Positions 9,936 through 19,660 of a stretch of 28,961 nt of DNA are shown here, in pieces. Under the pieces are notes generated by a model, which saw nothing but the letters and a program-made list of their open reading frames with translations, ran no database searches and was not told where the DNA came from. The position numbers were made by a program, and so were the translations under genes. The stretch lies in NCBI GenBank assembly GCA_041288095.1, contig JBGGMJ010000153.1, positions 1 through 28,961 of the forward strand. Reading direction: 5' to 3'. How positions within the stretch are numbered: position 1 is the stretch's first letter; each line of letters opens with the position of its first letter. Source of the stretch: Myxococcota bacterium. GTDB lineage: Bacteria > Myxococcota > XYA12-FULL-58-9 > JALHOP01.

Positions 9936-12900
9936 TCAGGGGCGTTCCTTGGCCGCTAGTACGTTCGCGATGGCGGAATGCATCACCTCGCGCAGCTCCG
10001 CCTCGGCGAGCGGCATCCAACCTCCACCAACCTGCGGCTTGCTCCCGGCGTCGATGAGCGACGCCCTCTCCGGGAATCGTCGGACCGCCGCGCTCTTGAC
10101 CGCGTCGGTCATCTCCATCGCGTCGCTGTGCGCGTAGGAGCGCAGGAAGAACCGGGTACCGGCGATGCCCGCGAGGTTGGCCTCGGGAATCATCGCGATG
10201 ATGACGTCGGAGTGCTGCGCATGGCCGTCGAGACGGTCGAGCAAGAACCCCTTCAGATCGCGGTGGTGGTCGAGGCCGGCGCGCTTGCCCTCGAGGCGCT
10301 CGAGCAACGCGAGCGAGCTCGTGAAGTCGTACTTGAGCTCCGTCGCCGAACGAGGAGCTCCCGGCCCGTGGTCGAACAGACGGGTCGGGCCGCCGCGCCC
10401 ACGTCCCCCGCCGTAGAAGTTGTGACTACCGTAGTTGTTAGCGAGCGCGCGCCTCACCTCGAGCGGAATCTGACCACCGAGCTTCGTGAACGCCGCGGTG
10501 GCGTCCACGCGGGGCGACAAGGCACGGAAGAATCCCAGCGTCGCCTCGTTTGCGTTGGCGAGCGGGCGCGCCGCCCCACCCCATACGTCGGTATAGGCCG
10601 CGACCAGGAGGGGCTCGATGATGTCGCGAGCGCCGCGGCCCTGCAGCCCGACGCTCTTCGGCGGTACGTTGAACTTCCCCGCGTAGACCTGTCCGAGGTG
10701 GGCAACGAGGTCGCCGACCATCTGGCCCGACGACTGCGCTTTCGGATCGACCCAGCTGGCGCTCATTGGCCCCGTGTTCGACCACGGAGGCAGGTCGGCC
10801 TTGTGGTGGTCGATACGCAGCATCGGCGTTCCCTGCGGGAGAGCCTCCGCCGCCCGACCGAAGAAGTAGACGCTATCGACGCCAATCGCGAAACGGGGCG
10901 GATGCGTCGGAAAGATCGTCTGCGCGTTCTCCAGGACCTCGTGAGGCCGCGGCGCGTGGTCGCGTAGATTGCGCGGCAGAGGTTGGCTCATCGCCATGTA
11001 CGCCTCGACCCCCATGCCGCGAAGGGCGCGCACTGTCGCGATAGCGGACATGACCGAGTCGCCATCCAGAGGATGGGCGGGGAACACCGCCGCGTAGTCT
11101 TTCCCCGGTGTCGTCACCGAGGTCGTCGGTGCCTTGAACGGCTTGGGGCGCATCAGCGGCTCGATCAAGCCGCGGGTCGCGTCCGCGAAAGCGGTGGGGA
11201 CGTTGTCGGCATGAGGCGGCCGCATGGGAGCTCGCGACTGCGCGATCACTTCCGCCGCGAGCTGTGCCGCCCGACCCGGCATCGCCTTGTCGCTCACGCT
11301 GTCGAGCGCCGCGAGTGCCTTCTCCATGGTCTCTCGGCGCTCTTTGACCGCCGTCGCCGGAAGCTGACGGTAGTCGCGCAGGTGGCGCTCGACGCGGACG
11401 ACGGCCTCGGGGACGACGACCTTGTTGCCACCGAGCTTTCCGACCGCGCCCATCGCCACCAGGAACTGGAGGTTCGCCGTCACGACCTGTTCGGCGGCTG
11501 CGAAGTCGCCGGTGCGAAGGTAGGCGGCTCCAATACCGACGGCGCTCATCCCCGCGACCTGCTCCGCGGCCTGCTGCGCGATGAGCCTGCCGTTGTGCAA
11601 CCGCAGCCCGAGACTGCCTTGTACCGCGGGTGCGCTTTCGATGTTTCGCAGGAAGCTTCGCGCCCGCACGACATCGAACATCGTCGAAGCCAAGAGGTTG
11701 GTCGTGAACGCCGCCGGTGACCAGTCGGCGAAGCGCTCCTGCCCTATCGCGTCGAGCGCCAGGTTGTTGAGCGACGTGAAGGTGACGGCGTTGCCGACCG
11801 TGGCCGGCAAGGTCTTGAACGCCGCACTTCGAGCGGCAGCGGTGCTCAGACGGCCGGAGCGATATGCGAGCAGCAGCTCGCCCAGCTGAGGCATCCCGCG
11901 CGCGAAGGTCGCTGCGCCGATGCCGCGCGTCGCCATGGCGGCGCCCGCCATCACCCATGTGTTGACCGAATCGAACACGTCGGCGACGCCGCGACCGAAC
12001 TTCAGCAGCTCATCGGCGGTCGCCGCGCTCGCCGTGCGCCGTGTGAGCTCGTCGGCGCGAGCGAGCGCCGCGCGACCGCCGGATTCGAGAAAGGCCAGAT
12101 GCGGCTCGCTCGTCTCCACCGCCCGCAGGCGCTCGACTTCTCTCGTGAGCGCGGCGGTGACCTCGTCGCGCGCCCGGTTCTGGCGCCGGCCGCGCTGCGC
12201 GAGCGACAAGGTGTTCGGATTGACGCTCACGGAGGGCTCCGTGGCCTGAAGGCTGTCGTGCCGCCGCTTGAGCGTGGCCAGCTGGGTCTCGGATAGGCGA
12301 ATCGCGACGGCGGCGAGCTGTGCCGACGAATGCACCAATTCACGCTTGCCGAGCACGCCCTCGGCGATGAGCTGATTGAGCGCCATGGTCAAGCTCGGCC
12401 GTCCCGCGACACCGGTCTCCCCTGGCAGGCGATGCATGCTGCCGCGCGCCCCCGAGCTCATCTCGAGATAGGGCTGGAGAGCCGCCGCGTTCGCAATCAA
12501 GGCGCCGCTCACGCTGCCGCGCGCGAGCGCCGCTTCCGCGTTGTCGAGGTAGATACCCAACAGGGTCGCGGCGGACACGTGCTCGCCAAGCTCTTCGCGC
12601 GCCAACGATAGCACCAGCGGATCGCTGCTCTTGCCGGCGAGCTTGGCGAGTCCCGCGCCGCCGGCGACATGGGCACTCGCTGCTCCGACGTCGATGAGCT
12701 GCGCGTCGAGCGCCGCCAGTTGAGCGCGGTACGCCGACTCCACCGGATCCAGATCCGCGATGAGAGCGGAGATGCGCAGCGGCTTCACCTTGAGATGCGC
12801 CGCGAGGCCCTGCTCGAGCTCGCGACGCTGATGCGTGAGGTCGCGATAGCGGCCCTGCAGGGTCATCACGCGCTCCCAACGATCACGTTGCGCCGGATCC

Positions 12901-13580
12901 GCCATGGCGGCGCGCAGGGTCGCATCGAAGGTCTCGGCGCCTTTCCGCAATAGCGCACGCATGGTCTCGGTAGCGACCGCGGGCGGCTCGGAGGCCGTCA
13001 GGTTTGCCTCGGCTTTCAGAGACCAAGTGACGTCGAGACCGTGCTCGACGACGGCGGCGTTCACAGGGTGGCCGTATTGCCAGGCGACGCGGCTGCGCAG
13101 CACGTCGCGATCCACACGCAGCGTCGTCCCATAACTGCGGGAGGTGAGCTCGAGCTGCTCGCCCGTGATGCGCGTCAGCTCCAAGATTTCTCGCGAATAG
13201 CCCTGACCATCGCGGTCGCGCCGCTCGACGAGGACGCCCTGGCCGAGCCGGAGCTCCGGCCATTGCGCCTCGGGTCTCGCCATCGCGACGAGCTCACGCT
13301 CGAGCCGCTCGCCCGACACCGTGTTGGCCGCGTTCTCGAGCCCATTCACCGCGACCGGCGCTGGCGGCACCGCGGCGACACGCGGCGTTCCACGATCTGG
13401 CGCGGCGGGACGGCCACGCTTCATGACCTCAGCCGCTTGTTCCCGCCGCAGGCGCTCACTCTCCGAGCCGTCGCCGACCGGACTGTGTGCCTCGCCGCCG
13501 TCGAGCGTCTGCACCGGCGCCGGCTCGCGCTTGCGTTCTGTAACGACGCTGGTCATGGAGCGTCGATCGCCTGCAAGCAT
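9936..13580 (-). CDS. 1214-aa protein: unknown helical N-terminal ~800 aa with hydrophobic Gly/Ala block, C-terminal DHH-family phosphoesterase domain
   Basis: DHH motifs in order: AHPLDGDSVMSA, IGVDS, LRIDHH, SSGQMV, AYTD; DHHA1-like tail FLRS...AGSKPQVGGG. Start may be 13556. Confidence 0.8.
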   Translation of the reverse strand: MLAGDRRSMTSVVTERKREPAPVQTLDGGEAHSPVGDGSESERLRREQAAEVMKRGRPAAPDRGTPRVAAVPPAPVAVNGLENAANTVSGERLERELVAMARPEAQWPELRLGQGVLVERRDRDGQGYSREILELTRITGEQLELTSRSYGTTLRVDRDVLRSRVAWQYGHPVNAAVVEHGLDVTWSLKAEANLTASEPPAVATETMRALLRKGAETFDATLRAAMADPAQRDRWERVMTLQGRYRDLTHQRRELEQGLAAHLKVKPLRISALIADLDPVESAYRAQLAALDAQLIDVGAASAHVAGGAGLAKLAGKSSDPLVLSLAREELGEHVSAATLLGIYLDNAEAALARGSVSGALIANAAALQPYLEMSSGARGSMHRLPGETGVAGRPSLTMALNQLIAEGVLGKRELVHSSAQLAAVAIRLSETQLATLKRRHDSLQATEPSVSVNPNTLSLAQRGRRQNRARDEVTAALTREVERLRAVETSEPHLAFLESGGRAALARADELTRRTASAATADELLKFGRGVADVFDSVNTWVMAGAAMATRGIGAATFARGMPQLGELLLAYRSGRLSTAAARSAAFKTLPATVGNAVTFTSLNNLALDAIGQERFADWSPAAFTTNLLASTMFDVVRARSFLRNIESAPAVQGSLGLRLHNGRLIAQQAAEQVAGMSAVGIGAAYLRTGDFAAAEQVVTANLQFLVAMGAVGKLGGNKVVVPEAVVRVERHLRDYRQLPATAVKERRETMEKALAALDSVSDKAMPGRAAQLAAEVIAQSRAPMRPPHADNVPTAFADATRGLIEPLMRPKPFKAPTTSVTTPGKDYAAVFPAHPLDGDSVMSAIATVRALRGMGVEAYMAMSQPLPRNLRDHAPRPHEVLENAQTIFPTHPPRFAIGVDSVYFFGRAAEALPQGTPMLRIDHHKADLPPWSNTGPMSASWVDPKAQSSGQMVGDLVAHLGQVYAGKFNVPPKSVGLQGRGARDIIEPLLVAAYTDVWGGAARPLANANEATLGFFRALSPRVDATAAFTKLGGQIPLEVRRALANNYGSHNFYGGGRGRGGPTRLFDHGPGAPRSATELKYDFTSSLALLERLEGKRAGLDHHRDLKGFLLDRLDGHAQHSDVIIAMIPEANLAGIAGTRFFLRSYAHSDAMEMTDAVKSAAVRRFPERASLIDAGSKPQVGGGWMPLAEAELREVMHSAIANVLAAKERP

Positions 13581-13698
13581 GGTACCACCATGTCACACAT
13601 GGAGAACCGCTTAGACCGTCGAAAGAACGCGAGAATCCTCGCCGCATGCTGAGGTACCCACGCCACGTCTTGTGGGCTATTGCCGTCAGTGATCCTGA

Positions 13699-13727
13699 TT
13701 GACAGGCCAGAAGTCACTTGCTATTTG
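13699..13727 (+). promoter_or_regulatory. sigma-70-type promoter for tRNA-Leu/secG
   Basis: TTGACA (13699-13704), 17-bp spacer ending TGC, TATTTG (13722-13727), then GC-rich discriminator CGCGCG, typical of stable-RNA promoters. Confidence 0.68.
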
Positions 13728-13740
13728 CGCGCGTCACCAA

Positions 13741-13824
13741 GCGGTAGTGGCGGAATTGGTAGACGCACCAGCTTGAGGGGCTGGCGGTCGAAAGACCGTG
13801 TGAGTTCGAGTCTCTCCTACCGCA
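13741..13824 (+). tRNA. tRNA-Leu (anticodon GAG), CCA not encoded
   Basis: Acceptor GCGGTAG/CTACCGC + A; D-loop GGAATTGGTAGAC; anticodon arm CCAGC-TTGAGGG-GCTGG; long variable arm CGGTC-GAAA-GACCG; T-loop TTCGAGT (one T-T mismatch in the T stem). Confidence 0.96.
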
Positions 13825-13875
13825 TTCGACATATTGTTTTTGCCCGCCACCTGAGGCGGGACAGCAAGGCCTCCG

Positions 13876-14346
13876 ATGAACACGCTGATCACCATCATCC
13901 ATGTCATCACCTGCGTGCTCCTCATCCTGGTGGTGCTCCTGCAGTCGGGTAAGGGCGGCGGTCTGAGCTCGACATTCGGCGGCGCGAGCGCCCAGATCTT
14001 CGGCGGCCGCGGCGCGGGCGACTTCATGACCCGCGTCACCTCGGGCGCGGCGATGGTCTTCTTCGTGACCTCGTTCACCCTGGCGACCATCAGCTCGAGG
14101 CAACGCTCGGCGGTCGAGCGCGCTCTCGAGAGCAACAAGCCGGCGGCAACCGACACCACGAGCGACGGCAAGCCGACGACCGATGCAGGCAAAGACGACG
14201 CCGTGAAGGCCAACGAGGGCGAAGCGCCCAAGGCCGAGCCGACGAGCGCCACCGGCACCGCAACGCCGACGACCGACAGCAAGACGGACGCTCCAGCGGA
14301 CAAAGGCCCGGCGGCCCCGCCCTCCAATCCCGACGCCCCGCGCTGA
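13876..14346 (+). CDS. secG: Preprotein translocase subunit SecG with long low-complexity C-terminal tail
   Basis: IIHVITCVLLILVVLLQSGKGGGLSSTFGG...FGGRGAGDFMTRVT...FFVTSFTL. Confidence 0.95.
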   Translation: MNTLITIIHVITCVLLILVVLLQSGKGGGLSSTFGGASAQIFGGRGAGDFMTRVTSGAAMVFFVTSFTLATISSRQRSAVERALESNKPAATDTTSDGKPTTDAGKDDAVKANEGEAPKAEPTSATGTATPTTDSKTDAPADKGPAAPPSNPDAPR

Positions 14347-14362
14347 TCGGGAAGCCGTACCG

Positions 14363-15652
14363 ATGACCGACCTGCTGAGTCTCGCTCCCGATCGCGTCGC
14401 GGCGATGCTGCGTCAGGAGCGCGTTGCCCTCGCTTGGGCGGTTCTCGACGGCGATACCGTACGCGTCTCGCACGATTTCCTCGCGCCTCTCGTCGGGTTC
14501 TTCGCGGATCCGCGCTCGGGCTTTTCGAAGCACGAGGCCGTGTTCTTGCGACCACACGCCGAGCTGGATTTGCTGCTCGGCGCTTTCGTGCACGACACGA
14601 CGCGCGGCGCCGGCGCCGGCGGCACGCGCTTGTGGGCTTACGATGATCTGCGCGGCTATCTGCGAGACGGCCTGCGCCTGTCACAGGGCATGACTCGCAA
14701 GAACGCCCTAGCGGGCCTGTTCTGGGGTGGTGGCAAGGGCGTCATCGGTATGGGACCGGGCGGCAAGCTCGAGGATCGCGCCCAGCGCGACGCCGCCTTC
14801 AATGCGTACGGCGACATGATGACGGCCCTGCGCGGCTGCTACGTGACCGCCGAAGACGTCGGTGTGTTCACCCGCGACATCGCGGCGATCTTCGCGCGCT
14901 CGCGTTTCGTCACCTGCATCCCTCCCGAAATCGGCGGCAGCGGTGACCCATCGCCGCACACGGCGCGCGGTGTGATCGCGGGCATGCAAGGGGCGCTCGC
15001 CTACCGCAAGATGGGGACGCTCGCCGGCAAGACCATCGTCGTGCAGGGCGTAGGCAACGTTGGAGGACCACTGCTGTCACTGCTCTTCGAGCAAGGGGTC
15101 GCCAAGGTCATCGCGAGCGACGTCTCCGAGACCCTGATCGACAAGCGTCGCCACGAGCTCGCCGGCAAGCCCTTGGAGCTACGGTTGCTCGCGCGTGGTG
15201 ACCAATCGATTCTCGCGACCGAGTGCGACGTACTCGCGCCCTGCGCCTTGGGCGCCATCATCGACGCCAAGACGATTCCGCTGTTGCGGACGAAGGTCAT
15301 TTGCGGCGCCGCCAACAATCAGCTCGACGACCCGGCGCGCGACGGACGCGCCCTCCGCGAGCGCGGCATCACCTACGTCCCCGACTTCCTCACCAACCGG
15401 ATGGGCATCGTCAACTGCGCCAACGAGCAGTACGGCTATGTGACGCCGGACCCCGCCATCGAGCGTCACTTCGGCGTCGATTTCCGCTACTCCATCCCGA
15501 ACATCACGCGTGAAGTGCTCATGCGCGCCGAGCGCGACGGTATCCCCGAAGGCGACGCGGCAATCGCCCTCGCCGACGAGTTGGCGCTGGTGCCCCACCC
15601 GATCTTCCCCGGCCGGTCGCGGGCGATCATCCAGGCACTGACACGCACTTGA
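14363..15652 (+). CDS. Glu/Leu/Phe/Val dehydrogenase family (leucine dehydrogenase-like)
   Basis: GGTR, GMTRKNALAG, GGGKGVI, YVTAEDVG, GDPSPHTARGV, VQGVGNVG, PCALG, GAANNQL, YVPDF. Confidence 0.9.
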   Translation: MTDLLSLAPDRVAAMLRQERVALAWAVLDGDTVRVSHDFLAPLVGFFADPRSGFSKHEAVFLRPHAELDLLLGAFVHDTTRGAGAGGTRLWAYDDLRGYLRDGLRLSQGMTRKNALAGLFWGGGKGVIGMGPGGKLEDRAQRDAAFNAYGDMMTALRGCYVTAEDVGVFTRDIAAIFARSRFVTCIPPEIGGSGDPSPHTARGVIAGMQGALAYRKMGTLAGKTIVVQGVGNVGGPLLSLLFEQGVAKVIASDVSETLIDKRRHELAGKPLELRLLARGDQSILATECDVLAPCALGAIIDAKTIPLLRTKVICGAANNQLDDPARDGRALRERGITYVPDFLTNRMGIVNCANEQYGYVTPDPAIERHFGVDFRYSIPNITREVLMRAERDGIPEGDAAIALADELALVPHPIFPGRSRAIIQALTRT

Positions 15653-15683
15653 TCGTTTCATACCGCTGTGGCTTGACCGCGGT

Positions 15684-17681
15684 ATGCTGCGAATCACGCT
15701 CGTCCTCTCTTTGTTGGCTCTAGCCTGCGCCTCATCGAAAACCACCGAGCCGCCCGCCGTCGACGAGCCGGCGGCCACCCGCGCTCCGGACGTCAAAGAA
15801 GAAACGGCGCAAAGCTATAGCGGACATGGCCTCGAGAGCGTCTCACAGGCGGTCCTCGAGAAGTTCGCTCCCAAGGCGCCGCCAGCCGACATCGCCAAGC
15901 ACGCCCAGCAAATGGTCGAGCTCTATGGCCCCGGCGCTGGCGTCCTGACACCGGACGCCAAGCGTCTCGTGTTCACCTGGCGCGTGAGCGGCCAACAGCA
16001 GGTGTGGCGCATCGATGGCGCCAAGCGCTTTCCGGTGCAGCTCACGAGCGGCGAGGATCGCACCTTCGTCGAGGGCGTGACGCCGGACGGCAAGACGCTG
16101 GTGCTGAGCCGCGACGTGAACGGCGAGGAGAACCCGGGCATATACCTGATGCCGGTGAACGGCGGCGCCCTGAAGGCCGTGCAACACGTGAAGGGTGTGC
16201 AGACCCGCTATCACGTGATGAGCCGTGACGGTGGCTCGCTGTACTTCACGAGCAACGACCAGACCAAGGATAGCTACGCCGTCTATCGCCATGTGATCGC
16301 GACCGGCGCCCGCGAAGTCCTCTATAGCGGTCCTGGCCTGTGGTCGGTCAGCGATGTCCGCGATGACGGCACCCTGCTCTTGCGCAAGGCCGTGGGCTCA
16401 CTGCCCTCGGAATACTGGGAGTTGGCACGCGGCGCGACGGAGCCCAAGCACCTGTTCGGGCAGGGCGACAACGTCGAGTACGAGGCGGTCTATGGCAGGC
16501 CTGGCGAGATCATCGTGCAGACGCCGAAGCTCGGTGAATTCCGGCGGCTCTACGCCTGGAAAGACGGCACCCTGACGGCGCTGTCCGCTGAAACGGCCCA
16601 TGACGTCTCGGGCTTCGCCGTCGACGAGGACAAGAAGCGTCTGGTCTACCATGTGAACGACGGAGGCTTCACGCGGCTGTTCACCATGGTGGCACGCGCC
16701 AAGGGCTGGCAGGCCGAGGAGACGCCGTTCTTGCCGAAGGCCGATCACATCCAGGCGGCCTCGCTGACGCGTGGTGGCCGCTACGCTACCGCGAGCGTCG
16801 ACTACGGTGATCGCCCGCCGGCGACCCTGGTCATCGATTTCACCGCGCGCAAGGCGGAGGCCTGGCACGAGCAGAGTATCCCGGAGATCGACACGGCGAG
16901 CTTCGTGGCGTCGAAGCTCGAGAGCTACCCGACGCGCGACGGCAAGTCGGTGCCGGCGTTCGTGCGCCGCCCCAAGCAATGCGTGGACACCTTGTGCCCG
17001 GTCATCGTCGAGTTCCATGGCGGCCCCGAGGGTCAATACATGGGCGGCTTCAACGGCACTGCCCAGCTCTTCGTCGACGCGGGCTTCGTGCACATCGCGC
17101 CGAATGTTCGCGGCAGTGACGGCTACGGCAAGACGTATCTGGCGGCCGACGACGGTGCCAAGCGTCTGAGCATCATCACCGATATCGAGGACGCGGCTGT
17201 CTGGGCGCGCAAGACCTTCGCGGTCGGCGGCGTCCCGCCCAAGGTCGGCATCTACGGCGGCAGCTACGGTGGTTACTCGACACTGGTCGGCATGACCATG
17301 TTCGCAGGCACCTACGACGCAGGCGTCTCCGTCGTCGGCATCTCCAATCTCGTCACCTTCCTCAACAACACGGCGCCTTACCGTCGGGTGCTACGCATCT
17401 CCGAATACGGCGACCCCGAGAAGGACCACGACGCCTTGGCGCAGCTCTCGCCGTCGACGTACATCGACCGCATCCGCGCGCCGTTACTCATCCTGCAAGG
17501 CGCCAACGACCCCCGCGTCCCCGTCGGCGAGGCGGTGAGCATGTATGACTCCATGCAGCTGAAGAAAGTGCCCGCCGAGCTCATGATCTACGCCGACGAA
17601 GGCCATGGCGCGTCGAAGCGCGGCAACCGCGTCTCGATGATCGGCAACAGCATCCGCTTCTTCACGCAGCACCTGAAGTAG
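15684..17681 (+). CDS. S9-family (prolyl oligopeptidase/acylaminoacyl peptidase-like) serine peptidase, lipoprotein
   Basis: Lipobox LALAC; beta-propeller N-terminal half; HGGP, NVRGSDGYG, catalytic GGSYGG, GANDPRVP, DEGHG. Confidence 0.93.
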   Translation: MLRITLVLSLLALACASSKTTEPPAVDEPAATRAPDVKEETAQSYSGHGLESVSQAVLEKFAPKAPPADIAKHAQQMVELYGPGAGVLTPDAKRLVFTWRVSGQQQVWRIDGAKRFPVQLTSGEDRTFVEGVTPDGKTLVLSRDVNGEENPGIYLMPVNGGALKAVQHVKGVQTRYHVMSRDGGSLYFTSNDQTKDSYAVYRHVIATGAREVLYSGPGLWSVSDVRDDGTLLLRKAVGSLPSEYWELARGATEPKHLFGQGDNVEYEAVYGRPGEIIVQTPKLGEFRRLYAWKDGTLTALSAETAHDVSGFAVDEDKKRLVYHVNDGGFTRLFTMVARAKGWQAEETPFLPKADHIQAASLTRGGRYATASVDYGDRPPATLVIDFTARKAEAWHEQSIPEIDTASFVASKLESYPTRDGKSVPAFVRRPKQCVDTLCPVIVEFHGGPEGQYMGGFNGTAQLFVDAGFVHIAPNVRGSDGYGKTYLAADDGAKRLSIITDIEDAAVWARKTFAVGGVPPKVGIYGGSYGGYSTLVGMTMFAGTYDAGVSVVGISNLVTFLNNTAPYRRVLRISEYGDPEKDHDALAQLSPSTYIDRIRAPLLILQGANDPRVPVGEAVSMYDSMQLKKVPAELMIYADEGHGASKRGNRVSMIGNSIRFFTQHLK

Positions 17682-17701
17682 CGTCGTGTGACCTTAGGCC
17701 T

Positions 17702-18466
17702 CTAGTGCGTACCCCGCGTGGCGCGCACGATGGCGATGAAATCCGCGGCCTTGAGCGAGGCGCCGCCCACGAGTGAGCCGTCGATGTCCGGTTCTTCGTT
17801 GAGGTCGTGCGCGTTGTCGGGCTTGACGCTGCCGCCGTAGAGGATGCGCATCTTGTCCGCCATTGCGGCGTCCTTGGCGCGCAGGCGGTTGCGGATCATG
17901 GCGTGCACTTCTTGCGCTTGCTTGGGCGTCGCCACCTGACCGGTACCGATGGCCCAGACGGGCTCGTAGGCGATGATGGTGCGGTCGAGGTCGTCGAGCG
18001 AGAGCCCGGCGATGCCGCCGTCGAGCTGCTCGGCGACCACCTTGTTGGTGTTGTTCTTCTGACGGTCATCGAGGGTCTCGCCAACGCACAAGATCGGGGA
18101 GAGCCCGGCCTTGAGGGCCGCCTTCACCCGCTTGTTCGAGGTCTCGATGGTCTCGTGAAAATGTTGGCGGCGTTCGCTATGGCCGACAATGGCGTAGGCG
18201 CACCCGGCGTCCTTCACCAGCGGCGCCGACACCTTGCCGGTGAACGCGCCCGAGTCCTCGAAATAGATCTCCTGCGCCGACAGCCCGATGTGCGTCCCTT
18301 GGAGACGTTCGTGCACGGACCACAAGGCGGTGAACGGCGGCGCCACGACGACGTCGACGTCGCGCACCGACGCCAGGGCGTTCTTGAGCTCGGTCACCAG
18401 CGCCAGGGCTTCTGGAATCGTCTTGTTGAGCTTCCAGTTGCCCGCGACCATCGGCCGACGTGCCAT
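17702..18466 (-). CDS. tpiA: Triosephosphate isomerase
   Basis: AGNWK, GHSERR, AYEPVWAIGTG, YGGSVKPDN, LVGGASL. Confidence 0.98.
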   Translation of the reverse strand: MARRPMVAGNWKLNKTIPEALALVTELKNALASVRDVDVVVAPPFTALWSVHERLQGTHIGLSAQEIYFEDSGAFTGKVSAPLVKDAGCAYAIVGHSERRQHFHETIETSNKRVKAALKAGLSPILCVGETLDDRQKNNTNKVVAEQLDGGIAGLSLDDLDRTIIAYEPVWAIGTGQVATPKQAQEVHAMIRNRLRAKDAAMADKMRILYGGSVKPDNAHDLNEEPDIDGSLVGGASLKAADFIAIVRATRGTH

Positions 18467-18469
18467 GCT

Positions 18470-19660
18470 TTAGGCCTTCCCCAGAAGAGCTTCGATGCCG
18501 GGTAGCGTCCCGAGCTCGAGGAGCTCCAAAGAAGCGCCGCCACCGGTCGAGATGTGCTTGATGCGCGATTCGACGCCGGCTTTTTCGATGGCCGCGACCG
18601 AATCACCGCCACCGACGACGGTGTAGGCATTCGAGGCCGCCACCGCTTCCGCGATAGCGTTCGTGCCTTTGGCGAACTTGTCCCACTCGAAGACGCCCAT
18701 CGGTCCGTTCCAGAAGACGGTCTTCGCGTCGTCGATGACCTCGGTGTACCGCTTGCGCGACTCGGGACCGATGTCCAGACCCATGCTCCCCTCAGGGATG
18801 TCCTCATCGGCAATGATGGTCGCTTTGGCGTTCTCGTCGAAGACTTCGGCGACCACGTGGTCGACCGGCAGTAGGACCTTCACGTTGCGGTCCTTGGCCC
18901 GCTTCATCACCTCGGTCGCGTCGCGCAGCTTGTCGCCCTCCCACTTGGATGCGCCGACCTCGACGCCACGCGCCTTGAGGAACGTGTACGCCATGGCGCC
19001 GCCGATACAGAGCACGTCGACACGCTGGATGAGCGCCTTCAAGACGCCGAGCTTGTCGGCCACCTTGGCGCCACCGACGACGGCGACGAACGGTTTCTCG
19101 GCGCCTTCGAGCATTTTGCCCAGGGCCTTCACCTCGGCCTCGAGCAGGAAGCCGGCGCACTTCTGTTTCACGAAGTGCGTCATGCCGACGATCGACGCGT
19201 GCGCGCGATGGGACGCACCGAAGGCGTCGTTGACGTAGATCTCGAAGGGAGCCGCCAGCTTCTTCGAGAAGTCGGTGTCGTTCTCCTCTTCCTGAGCATG
19301 GAAGCGCAGATTCTCGAGGAGAATGACGCTCCCCGCCCGCGCGTCGCGGACGAGCCCGGTGACGCCGTCGCCGACGCAGTCTTCGGCGAAGACGACGTCC
19401 TTGCCGAGCAGCTCGCTCAAGCGGTCACCAACCAACTCGAGCGAGAACTCCTTGTTGCGTTTCCCTTTCGGGCGACCGAAGTGCGAAGCCAAGGCGAGCT
19501 TGGCGCCAGCGCCGAGCGCGTGCTTGATCGATGGCAACGCCGCGCGGATGCGGGCGTCGCTGGTGATCTTTCCGTCTTCGACCGGCACGTTGAAGTCGAC
19601 GCGCATGAAGACCGGGCGGCCTTCGAGCTGCACGTCGCGGATCGACGGCAAGGTTTTCAT
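18470..19660 (-). CDS. pgk: Phosphoglycerate kinase
   Basis: RVDFNVP, SHFGRP, LLENLRFH, NDAFGASHRAHAS, GGAKVADK, WNGPMGVFE, GGGDS, HISTGGGASLE. Confidence 0.98.
   Translation of the reverse strand: MKTLPSIRDVQLEGRPVFMRVDFNVPVEDGKITSDARIRAALPSIKHALGAGAKLALASHFGRPKGKRNKEFSLELVGDRLSELLGKDVVFAEDCVGDGVTGLVRDARAGSVILLENLRFHAQEEENDTDFSKKLAAPFEIYVNDAFGASHRAHASIVGMTHFVKQKCAGFLLEAEVKALGKMLEGAEKPFVAVVGGAKVADKLGVLKALIQRVDVLCIGGAMAYTFLKARGVEVGASKWEGDKLRDATEVMKRAKDRNVKVLLPVDHVVAEVFDENAKATIIADEDIPEGSMGLDIGPESRKRYTEVIDDAKTVFWNGPMGVFEWDKFAKGTNAIAEAVAASNAYTVVGGGDSVAAIEKAGVESRIKHISTGGGASLELLELGTLPGIEALLGKA

Noticed and set aside
13741..13860. tRNA-Leu as an integration site for an island
   Set aside because: No integrase and no duplicated tRNA 3' end seen; secG follows directly.
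13843..13860. Hairpin CCCGCC-ACCTGA-GGCGGG after the tRNA as a terminator
   Set aside because: The T run precedes the stem, so there is no U tail on either strand. At most a processing or stability hairpin.
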